A stretch of 32,220 nucleotides of DNA from contig CAZJOS010000003.1 of NCBI GenBank assembly GCA_964547655.1, positions 1 through 32,220 on the forward strand, in the 5' to 3' direction. This stretch comes from an uncultured Christensenellaceae bacterium (lineage in GTDB: Bacteria; Bacillota; Clostridia; Christensenellales; SZUA-584). The notes below the pieces were generated by a model. It searched no databases. It was given only the letters and a program-made list of their open reading frames with translations, and was not told the DNA's origin. The position numbers and the translations under genes are program-made. This document shows, piece by piece, positions 15,796 through 23,900 of the stretch. Within the stretch, counting starts at the first letter, position 1, and the number at the start of each line of letters is the position of its first letter.

Positions 15796-16206
15796 ATGAA
15801 CGAAGAAAGATTTCATTGCGGAAAGGGTTTCCGTATAATAATGGCCGTGATAATGGGCATATTCGCGGCAGCGGCGCTGTCGCTGATAACGGGCGTGTTT
15901 ATAATGCTGCTTTGGAACTGGCTGATGCCTGTTATCTTCGGCCTTGGCACTATAACGTTCTGGCAGGCTTTCGGGCTGTCGCTGCTCTCAAGGCTGCTGC
16001 TGTGCGGATTCGGTAAAATGTTTCCGGGGCCCGGGCACAGGCCCGACCGCCGCTGGCACGAATACGCAAAGCCATGGGGCAAATACAGGGACTGGCGTTT
16101 CGACGACGCTTATGAGCAGTGGTGGGAAAAGGAAGGCTCGGAGAGCTTCGAGAGCTATATGAAAAAGCAAAAGGAAGACGGGCAGGATAATCAGGACAAA
16201 GAATAA
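15796..16206 (+). CDS. small membrane protein with Trp/Arg-rich and acidic C-terminal tail (possible anti-sigma partner)
   Basis: The start was moved to the ATG at 15796 (RBS AGGAGG 6 nt upstream). The track start at 15718 overlaps the sigma gene. There are two or three TM helices, then RPDRRWHEYAKPWGKYRDWRFDDAYEQWWEKEG. The anti-sigma role is inferred only from its position downstream of the ECF sigma. No ZAS motif is present. Confidence 0.55.
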   Translation: MNEERFHCGKGFRIIMAVIMGIFAAAALSLITGVFIMLLWNWLMPVIFGLGTITFWQAFGLSLLSRLLLCGFGKMFPGPGHRPDRRWHEYAKPWGKYRDWRFDDAYEQWWEKEGSESFESYMKKQKEDGQDNQDKE

Positions 16207-16216
16207 ACAAAAATAA

Positions 16217-16245
16217 ATCATACAAGCCCCTTTGTGAACATACAC
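16217..16245 (+). promoter_or_regulatory. sigma-E-like (mother-cell) promoter upstream of spoIIID
   Basis: TCATACA (16217-16223), a 14-nt spacer, then CATACACA (16238-16245). As I recall it, the Bacillus sigma-E consensus is kmATAtt-N14-CATACAmT. Confidence 0.5.
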
Positions 16246-16279
16246 ATCTATAAAAACGTTCAAAAGGGGGCTTATTATT

Positions 16280-16528
16280 ATGAAAGACTACATCGAAGAC
16301 AGGGTAAAGAGGATAGCGGACTACGTACTCTCCTCAAACGCCACCGTCCGTCAGGCGGCAAAAACGTTCGGCACGAGCAAGAGCACGGTGCACAAGGATA
16401 TGACCGAGCGGCTGCTCACCATATCTCCTCTTACCGCAAAAGAGGTTGCGAAGGTGCTGCGTAAGAACAAGGAGGAGCGGCATATAAGGGGCGGCAACGC
16501 CACCCGCATGAAATATAAAAACGCTTAA
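16280..16528 (+). CDS. spoIIID: sporulation transcriptional regulator SpoIIID
   Basis: 82 aa. MKDYIEDRVKRIADYVLSSNATVRQAAKTFGTSKSTVHKDMTERL...RHIRGGNATRMKYK is near-collinear with B. subtilis SpoIIID (HTH GVSKSTVHKDLTERL, C-terminal RGGEATKLKYK). Confidence 0.95.
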   Translation: MKDYIEDRVKRIADYVLSSNATVRQAAKTFGTSKSTVHKDMTERLLTISPLTAKEVAKVLRKNKEERHIRGGNATRMKYKNA

Positions 16529-16592
16529 GCCGGGCTGTCCGTGAGTTATTATAGGTTATTGTACAATAAAAAAGGAATTTATAAAGGTTTGT

Positions 16593-16621
16593 TTGATATT
16601 ACCCGCAGCGTGTTGTATAAT
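16593..16621 (+). promoter_or_regulatory. putative sigma-A promoter of the DUF4064-like triplet
   Basis: TTGATA (16593-16598), a 17-nt spacer, then TATAAT (16616-16621). Confidence 0.55.
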
Positions 16622-16691
16622 ACTGTTAGTTTCAAACGAATTACTTTTTGGCTCCGGCATAACGAACAATAAGACTTACGAGGTGATGCAA

Positions 16692-17024
16692 ATGAGAAAG
16701 ACGGAATTCATTTTCGGGCTTTGCGCAGGGACGGCGGGGCTCGTGCTTGCGCTGCTCGCGCTTTTTTCACTTCTGCCCAGCCCTCGCGGATTAAGCAGCG
16801 GAGGCCAGACGTACGCGCTTATATGCCTCGCTGCCAACGGCCTCGGCATTTTGGGCGCCCTTTTTGTACAGAAAAACAACATCTTCGCAGCTTTGAGCAT
16901 GGCAATCTCGATGCTCGTGCTGATGTTTTTTGGTTTTCCTTGGCAGTCTTTGCCCGCGGTACTGTATATAATCAGCTTTGTGCTGGCCGCTGTTCCCGTA
17001 AAGGCTGCCGCAAAAAAACTATAA
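16692..17024 (+). CDS. DUF4064-like small membrane protein, paralog A (110 aa)
   Basis: The start was moved to the ATG at 16692 (GAGGTG upstream), because the track start lies inside the promoter. MRKTEFIFGLCAGTAGLVLALLALF... has 4 TM helices. N-terminal pattern: basic residues, then GxxxGxxxLVxxLL. Confidence 0.6.
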   Translation: MRKTEFIFGLCAGTAGLVLALLALFSLLPSPRGLSSGGQTYALICLAANGLGILGALFVQKNNIFAALSMAISMLVLMFFGFPWQSLPAVLYIISFVLAAVPVKAAAKKL

Positions 17025-17036
17025 GGAGGGAATAAC

Positions 17037-17651
17037 GTGAACAAAGCAGGCTATTGCATCAGCATTATAGGCGGAGTGCTCGCATTGGTGCTTTCAATGC
17101 TGATGATACTGTCCGGTCCCATTTTCACTATTGGCGACGATGTTTCCCGTTTTCTGACCAGAAACTGGGACAAGCTCGACGATATGGCTGCCGATGTCGA
17201 CAGATACTACGGAGTCCCGCTGCTTCTTCAACAGAGTCTCAACAACTATATAGAAGATAATATCGACGTATGGAAGGATATGGACGCGGACGAGCTTGAA
17301 GATATCGGCGCTGAATACGATGAAAGCGCGTTCAGCGACGCGGCGCGGCTTTACAACAGGGGCGACGAATACCGAATGAGCCTTACTATAGGCGTAATAG
17401 CGTGCGTTGCCGCTTCCATAATCGCGCTTGCCGGCGCCCAGATACGAAAACAACGGGTCGTCGGCGGAGTCATGGTGCTCTCGGCCGCCGCGCTCACGCT
17501 CATATTCAGCCTTATCGCGGGCTCCATAATAACCATGGCGCCAGCGGCGCTGCTGCTTATACTCGGCGGAGTGCTGCAGCTCGGTAAACCGAAAGTTCCG
17601 GCTCTGCAAAGTCAGGCGGAAGAAATATCAGGCGGGGAGGTACAGTCATGA
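17037..17651 (+). CDS. DUF4064-like membrane protein, paralog B, with an acidic insert of about 85 aa after TM1
   Basis: MNKAGYCISIIGGVLALVLSMLMIL, an acidic loop (DMDADELEDIGAEYDES), then three TM helices with an RKQRVVGG turn. Starts 12 nt after paralog A. Confidence 0.6.
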   Translation: MNKAGYCISIIGGVLALVLSMLMILSGPIFTIGDDVSRFLTRNWDKLDDMAADVDRYYGVPLLLQQSLNNYIEDNIDVWKDMDADELEDIGAEYDESAFSDAARLYNRGDEYRMSLTIGVIACVAASIIALAGAQIRKQRVVGGVMVLSAAALTLIFSLIAGSIITMAPAALLLILGGVLQLGKPKVPALQSQAEEISGGEVQS

Positions 17652-18439
17652 AGAAGTTGGCGTTTATATTAGGTTATGCAGGCGGCATAATGGCGCTCGT
17701 GTTTTCTTTGCTGATGATCTATCTTGTGCCGATAAATTTCCTGTCCAAAACGGTGGAAGACATAAAAAACGAAATGGAAAACGAGAATGTGGTCGCGTTT
17801 AACGAAGTAGCTCTGTATGCCCGCAATCACCCGATAACTGACTACAGCAAGGACGGGCTCATCGATTACGCCTCCGAAGTTGCCGGCGAGAGCACGCTCG
17901 GAATAGACAAGGCCGTATACGAAGACACGATGGCTTTCGCATATAAGGCCGCTCTTGACGGCATCGTCTTTGTCGTGCTGATCGGTATATCTATAATCTT
18001 CGCGGCTTTGGCGTTCATAGGCTCGCTGGTATTAAAGAAACACTCTACGGGCGGAGCCGTATTGATGCTCGTTTCGTCGCTTATACTTCTGCTGTCGGCC
18101 ATATATACCGGGACGATAATCCCGACGGCTGCGGCTTCGGCTGTGCTTGCCGCGGCGGGCATAATTGCGTTTATACCCGTTAACCGGCAGATACCGGCGC
18201 AGGTCCACGCGAGAAACAGGCAAAAACCTCCGGGCGCAGGCTTTGGGCAGCCTTACCCTCAGCCGGGCATGCCGGGAAACGTTCCCTATCCGCAATTCCA
18301 GCAGACGCAGCCCCAGTATACCGCGCCGCCGGAGGGCGTTGAGGCGCCCGTGCAGGCGTCCTCTACGCAGGCCGATGTGCCTTTCCCCGAAGAAGACGTG
18401 CAGGTGTTCACGCAGCCAAACCCTGACGACGTAAAATAG
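17648..18439 (+). CDS. DUF4064-like membrane protein, paralog C, with extracytoplasmic insert and Pro/Gln-rich tail
   Basis: MKKLAFILGYAGGIMALVFSLLMIY, an insert of about 75 aa, three TM helices (KKHSTGG turn) and the tail PPGAGFGQPYPQPGMPGNVPYPQFQQTQPQYTAPPEG. ATGA overlap with paralog B. Confidence 0.6.
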   Translation: MKKLAFILGYAGGIMALVFSLLMIYLVPINFLSKTVEDIKNEMENENVVAFNEVALYARNHPITDYSKDGLIDYASEVAGESTLGIDKAVYEDTMAFAYKAALDGIVFVVLIGISIIFAALAFIGSLVLKKHSTGGAVLMLVSSLILLLSAIYTGTIIPTAAASAVLAAAGIIAFIPVNRQIPAQVHARNRQKPPGAGFGQPYPQPGMPGNVPYPQFQQTQPQYTAPPEGVEAPVQASSTQADVPFPEEDVQVFTQPNPDDVK

Positions 18440-18448
18440 CAAAGAAGC

Positions 18449-18486
18449 AAGGCCTTCGGATATAAAGATCCGGGGGCCTTTTCATT
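18449..18486 (+). terminator. intrinsic terminator after the triplet
   Basis: AAGGCCTTCGGAT-ATAAAG-ATCCGGGGGCCTT, a 13-bp stem including 2 G-U pairs, followed by TTCATT. Confidence 0.6.
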
Positions 18487-18509
18487 CCGGCGATTTTACA
18501 ATTTTTTAA

Positions 18510-18538
18510 TTGTTAAGTACTGCCGGCAGGGGTATAAT
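18510..18538 (+). promoter_or_regulatory. putative sigma-A promoter of the epimerase gene
   Basis: TTGTTA (18510-18515), a 17-nt spacer, then TATAAT (18533-18538). A perfect 14-nt palindrome GATGAGATCTCATC follows at 18546-18559. Confidence 0.5.
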
Positions 18539-18601
18539 AAATATGATGAGATCTCATCCTGCTATCATGATTTGTTATTAAGTAGAAAGGAGATCATCGT
18601 C

Positions 18602-19600
18602 ATGATCCTTATAACGGGAGCGGGCGGCCATATAGGCAATGTGCTCGTCAAATACCTGTATGCAAAAGGGCATAAAGACATAAGGGTCTTCGCCTTGGAG
18701 AACGAAGACATATCCCATATCCAGAAGTATATTAAAGAAGTGTATAGAGGCGACATACGCGACGGCTACGCCGTTTCGGCTGCAGTGCGCGGCTGCGAAT
18801 ATGTGTTCCATCTCGCCGGATTGGTTCAGCTTTCCGGCATCCACAAGAAAATAATCTATGATATAAACGTAGGAGGCACGAAAAACGTAGTGAACGCGTG
18901 CCTTGAAAAAGGCGTTAAGCGCCTTCTTCACGTTTCCAGCGTTCACGCGCTGAAGCTCCCGGATACGGGATGCATCGACGAGACTCTAGACCCAATAGTG
19001 GGCAACCTCAACGGAGCGTACGCGAGATCGAAGGCTATGGCGACTATAGAGGTCATGAACGCCATTCAAAAAGGGCTCGACGCGGTCATAGTCTTCCCGT
19101 CAGGCGTAATAGGGCCATTTGATTTCCGCTCCTCGTTTACGGGCAGCGCGATAAAAGGGTACATAGACGCCAAAAAGACGCAGTATTACTTCGACGGCAA
19201 ATACGACTTTGTGGACGTGCGCGACGTTGCCGACGGCATATACCGCGCGTGGAAGTACGGCGAGAAGGGCCAGGGGTATATAATATCGGGCAGCGTTTCG
19301 AGCCTCGAGGAGATAATAAACGCCGTAGAGCAGAGCACGGGCAATAAGATAAAGCGCCGCCGCGTGCCGCAGCTGCTTGTAAGGGCAGCCGCTTTTTTCG
19401 CCCCGGCTTATTACGCGGCAGTACATAGAAAACCCATACTTACAAAATACTCTATAGACGTGCTGATGTCGAATTCTAACTTTACTTACGAAAAGGCGCA
19501 GAAGACCTTAGGCTACAAGCCGCGCCCCATGATGAAGACGATAAAGGATATGGTTCGCTGGCACCGAGCGGTGCGGAGCAAGCTGAATTCACTGCTGTAA
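18602..19600 (+). CDS. NAD-dependent epimerase/dehydratase family (extended SDR) protein
   Basis: The start was moved to MILITGAGGHIGNVL (Rossmann GxxGxxG) with AAGGAG upstream. Catalytic YARSK (YxxxK) is present. The overall architecture resembles dihydroflavonol-reductase. Confidence 0.85.
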   Translation: MILITGAGGHIGNVLVKYLYAKGHKDIRVFALENEDISHIQKYIKEVYRGDIRDGYAVSAAVRGCEYVFHLAGLVQLSGIHKKIIYDINVGGTKNVVNACLEKGVKRLLHVSSVHALKLPDTGCIDETLDPIVGNLNGAYARSKAMATIEVMNAIQKGLDAVIVFPSGVIGPFDFRSSFTGSAIKGYIDAKKTQYYFDGKYDFVDVRDVADGIYRAWKYGEKGQGYIISGSVSSLEEIINAVEQSTGNKIKRRRVPQLLVRAAAFFAPAYYAAVHRKPILTKYSIDVLMSNSNFTYEKAQKTLGYKPRPMMKTIKDMVRWHRAVRSKLNSLL

Positions 19601-19675
19601 CGACAGTCATCCCATGGCGCAGCCGGGGATTACTGCTATTTTATAAAGAAAGCGGGGGGCTGCGAGGTGTTATCG

Positions 19676-20950
19676 ATGACAAAGGCGGTCTGCCTGTTGG
19701 TTTCAGCAGCTATGCTGCTCTGCTTCGCGGGATGCGGCAAGCCCGCAGCAGGCGGGGGAACCGGCTATAACAGCACATACAGAATAGTTGCTGAAGCTTT
19801 TGACTGGGGGGCGGCGTCGACCAAAGCTGTAGTCGAGCTTGAAAGCGCAATATCGCCTTACGATTTGTGCGGTTTTGAAGTCATTGAGTCAAACAAGAAA
19901 GGCAAAGTGGGTAAGCGCGATGTCACGAAAACATACCTCTGCGACGAGAACGGGAATGAAACCGGCACAAGCTCAAGATATATCGCTATAGAGATGCTTG
20001 TGGACCCCGCTCACGGGACGCTGTTTTATTACGATACCCGCACGTATTATAACGTTTGGGATGACGAATACAGGCTCGCCATAACCCCTGCGGACCCTGA
20101 ATCGGAAGTACTGAAAAACCTGCGCGTCGACCCGAAATATACAAAAAGGATAACGCCTCAGGCAGATCTGTTCAGCAAATCAAAGTTTGTTTATAATGGC
20201 ATAACCATGGATTACGCATTATATTCACCCTCCGGCGGCGGTGAGAATAAACCGCTTGTTGTCTGGCTTCACGGGCAGGGTGAAGGCGGGCACGACGTAT
20301 CGGTCACGCTGCTCGGCAACAAGGTCACCGCGCTGGCCGGGAGTGAGATACAGGGCATACTGGGGGGCGCTTACGTGCTCGTTCCGCAATGCCCTACATA
20401 CTGGCCGGAAAATACAGCGAATTTAAATTCTTTCGGTACGAGATCGGACGGCACCAGCCGCTGGAAAGAGCAGCTTAAGGCGCTTATAGACAAGACCGTA
20501 TCGGAAAACGGCGATATAGACCCTTCTCGCATATACGTCGGGGGATGCTCCATGGGAGGGTATATGACGGTGCTCATGGTAAAGAGCTATCCCGGCTTTT
20601 TCGCCGCCGCTTTCCCCATATGCGAATGTTACAATGCCGCGTTTATTACCGATAAAGACGTTGAAATACTTGCAAATACGCCGTTATGGTTTACATACTG
20701 CGTACACGACCGGGCCGTTCCGCCGGACTACTATTCGGCGGCCACTATTGACATGCTCAAAAGCGCGGGTGCGGAAAACCTTCACGCGTCAATATTCGAA
20801 GACGTGCACGATACGACAGGGCAGTATGTAAACGAGGACGGGACGCCGTACACTTACAACAGCCATTTTTCATGGATATACGTGCTGAACAACGAATGCT
20901 ATGACGGGGACTTGAACCTGTGGGAATGGATGTCTTCGCAGCACCGGTGA
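19676..20950 (+). CDS. lipoprotein with C-terminal alpha/beta-hydrolase (esterase / prolyl-oligopeptidase-like) domain
   Basis: The ATG at 19676 follows GAGGTG. Signal peptide with lipobox LLCFAGC. Nucleophile elbow GGCSMGGY, with a LVVWLHGQGEGG oxyanion-region-like segment upstream. Confidence 0.75.
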   Translation: MTKAVCLLVSAAMLLCFAGCGKPAAGGGTGYNSTYRIVAEAFDWGAASTKAVVELESAISPYDLCGFEVIESNKKGKVGKRDVTKTYLCDENGNETGTSSRYIAIEMLVDPAHGTLFYYDTRTYYNVWDDEYRLAITPADPESEVLKNLRVDPKYTKRITPQADLFSKSKFVYNGITMDYALYSPSGGGENKPLVVWLHGQGEGGHDVSVTLLGNKVTALAGSEIQGILGGAYVLVPQCPTYWPENTANLNSFGTRSDGTSRWKEQLKALIDKTVSENGDIDPSRIYVGGCSMGGYMTVLMVKSYPGFFAAAFPICECYNAAFITDKDVEILANTPLWFTYCVHDRAVPPDYYSAATIDMLKSAGAENLHASIFEDVHDTTGQYVNEDGTPYTYNSHFSWIYVLNNECYDGDLNLWEWMSSQHR

Positions 20951-20956
20951 CTTAAG

Positions 20957-23900
20957 TCAGCCTGCGCTCTGATGTTTTGAGCCCATACCTGAGGCCTTTT
21001 TCATCTTGTCCTGAGCAAGCGACAGCATGAGCTTAATACGGTTGAGCTGGTTCACTTCGCTCGCGCCCGGGTCGTAGTCTATCGCGACGATATTAGCTTC
21101 CGGGAACCTCGCGCGTATGGGCTGTATCACTCCCTTGCCCACTATATGGTTAGGAAGGCACGCGAACGGCTGTACGCACACAATGCCGTCGGCCCCTTCG
21201 CGCAGCAGCTCGGCCATCTCGCCCGTTAAAAACCACCCTTCGCCCGTCTGGTTGCCTATAGAAAGGAACTCCGCGGCGGCCTTTGCCTTTTCGCTTATAA
21301 ACGAGGGCGCAGAGAACCGCCTGCTGCTTTCCAGCACGCTGCGCATGAGCTTCCTCGAATTCTCTATTATCGATATCGCGGCGTTGCCGAAGTGCGCGAA
21401 CAGCTTCGGCCTCCCCAGCTTTTCGTGCTTGAAGTTCATGTTATACGCGCAGTACAGCAAAAAGTCTATAAGGTCGGGCACCTTTACCTCGGCGCCTTCT
21501 TCCTCGAGCACCTTCACTATCTGGTTGTTCGCGGTCGGGTGGTATTTTACGAGTATCTCCCCCACTACCCCTATAACCGGCTTTTTTATATCCGCTACGG
21601 GTATGTCGTCGAACTCTCTTACCATATCGACTATGCTGCGCTTAAAGCGCCTTTTGCTCAGCGTCCTGATATTCTCGATGCCGACATCGCGCCACCTTAA
21701 GCACGCGCTGTCCGCGTCGCCCTTCGTTGCTTCGTAGGGGCGCGTGGCGAGCGTGAGCCTGTTTAGCAGATCGCCGTATATCATTGCCCGCATACAGCGT
21801 TTCAGCAGCGGCAGCGTTATCTTAAAGCCCGGGTGTTTCTCTATGCCCCCGGCGCTCAGCGATATCACTGGTATATACCCGTACCCCGCGTCTTTAAGCG
21901 CCTTCCTGATAAAGCTGATATAGTTGGACGCCCGGCAACCCCCGCCGGTCTGCGATATTATGCAGGCGAGCTTTCGCGTGTCGTATCTCCCTGATTTTAC
22001 GGCTTCTATCAGCTGCCCCGTCACCAATATCGAAGGGTAACACGCGTCGTTATTTACGTATTTGAGCCCCTCATCCACCGCCGACTTATCGACCGAGGGC
22101 AGCAGCTCAAATTTATAGCCCGAGGCCTGAAACGCAGCGCGCAGGAAGTCGAAGTGTATGGGCGACATCTGGGGCGAGAGTATGGTATACTCCTTTTTCA
22201 TGAAGTTTTCGAATACTATCTTTTTGTATTCTACGGCCCTGTTTTTTACGGCTTCCGCCTTGCCTCTTACAGCCTCGGCGATCTCCTGAAGCCTTCCCTT
22301 CCTGCCGCGCTCCTGTATGGCGGCCGCGAGCGAGCGCAGGCGTATCTTGATAGCGCCCGTGTTGCTTATCTCGTCTATCTTTATAAGCGTATATACCTTG
22401 CCGTATCCTTTGAGTATCTCCTGCACCTGATCGGTGACTACGGCGTCGAGCCCGCAACCGAAAGAATTGAGCTGCACCAGCTCAACGCCGGGCGTCTTCC
22501 CCGCGAAGTGCGCTGCGGAATATATGCGCGTATGGTACATCCACTGGTCGAGCACGCGTATCGGCTTATACTCGCCGAGGTGCGCTATGCTCTGCTCGGT
22601 GAGTACCGCGAACCCCAATGACGTAACTATGGAAGAGATACCGTGGTTTATCTCCGGGTCTATGTGGTACGGCCTTCCGCCTAAGACTATGGCCTTGAAT
22701 TCGCCGCGCTTCACCCTTGCCGCTATTCTTTCCCCCTGCCGGCGTATATCGCTTTGGAACTTAAGCTTCTCCCGCCACGCGAGCATTGCAGCATTTTTCA
22801 CCTCTGCCTGCGGTATATCGGAGAACTCCTCCGCAAGCCGCCTTGTAAGCCTCGCTATCCTGTCCATAGGCAGGAAAGGCATTATAAGGTCCACGCCGTT
22901 TTCTTTTATCTCGGGCATGTTGTTCTTTATGTTTTCGGGGTATGAAGTTACTATCGGGCAGTTGTAGTTGTTTGCCGCCCGTCTTTGTTCCTTCTTCTCA
23001 TACGGCACGCACGGGAAGAATATAGTCTTCACTCCGGCGTCAATCAGCTTGCGCACAGCTCCGTGAGCGAGCTTGGCGGGATAACAGAGCGACTCTGAAG
23101 GTATGCTCTCTATGCCCGCTGTGTAAACCGATCTCGACGAGCGCGGCGAAAGCACTACCCTGTATGAAAGAGCGGTAAAGAAAGTATGCCAGAAAGGGTA
23201 GTTCTCATACATGCCTAAAACGCGCGGTATGCCTATGTCGCCCCTTTTAGCGTTTTCGGGCTCTAAAGGTTTATACGAAAACATCCTGTTATACGTGTAT
23301 TCGTACATGTCGGGCAGCTTGCCTGACTCGGTCTTCCCCGCTCCCCGCTCGCAGCGGTTTCCGGAAATGAACTTTCGGCCGTCGCCGAAGCTGTTTACAG
23401 TTAAGCGGCAGTTGTTCTCGCACCCGCCGCAGCGCGTGTTCGTCTTGGCTATATGCATATCAGCGAGAGCTTCTTTTGAAACAATAGCCGATACCGCGCC
23501 CCCGGGGCATTTCTCTTTTGCGATAAGCGCAGCGCCGTACGCTCCCATAAGCCCCGCTATCGCGGGCCTCACCACCTCGCGGCCTGAAAGAAGCTCGAGC
23601 GCGCGCAGCACCGCGTCGTTTAAAAACGTTCCGCCCTGTACTACTATGCCTTTTCCCAGTTCCTCCGCGTTTTTAAGCTTTATAACCTTATAGAGCGCGT
23701 TCTTCACAACGGAATACGACAGCCCGGCCGATATAGCTCCGAGCGACGCGCCTTCCTTCTGCGCCTGCCGCACTTTGGAATTCATGAACACCGTGCACCT
23801 GCTGCCGAGGTCTACCGGGTTAGGCGAAAGCAGCGCCTGCGACGCGAACTCTTCTATTGTGCACCCCAGAGAAGCCGCAAACGTTTCGAGAAACGAACCG

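Noticed and set aside
20945-20962. Convergent gene ends only 6 nt apart with no terminator hairpin
   Set aside because: It is noticeable but not informative on its own. Termination may occur inside the opposing coding sequences, and nothing testable follows from the sequence alone.
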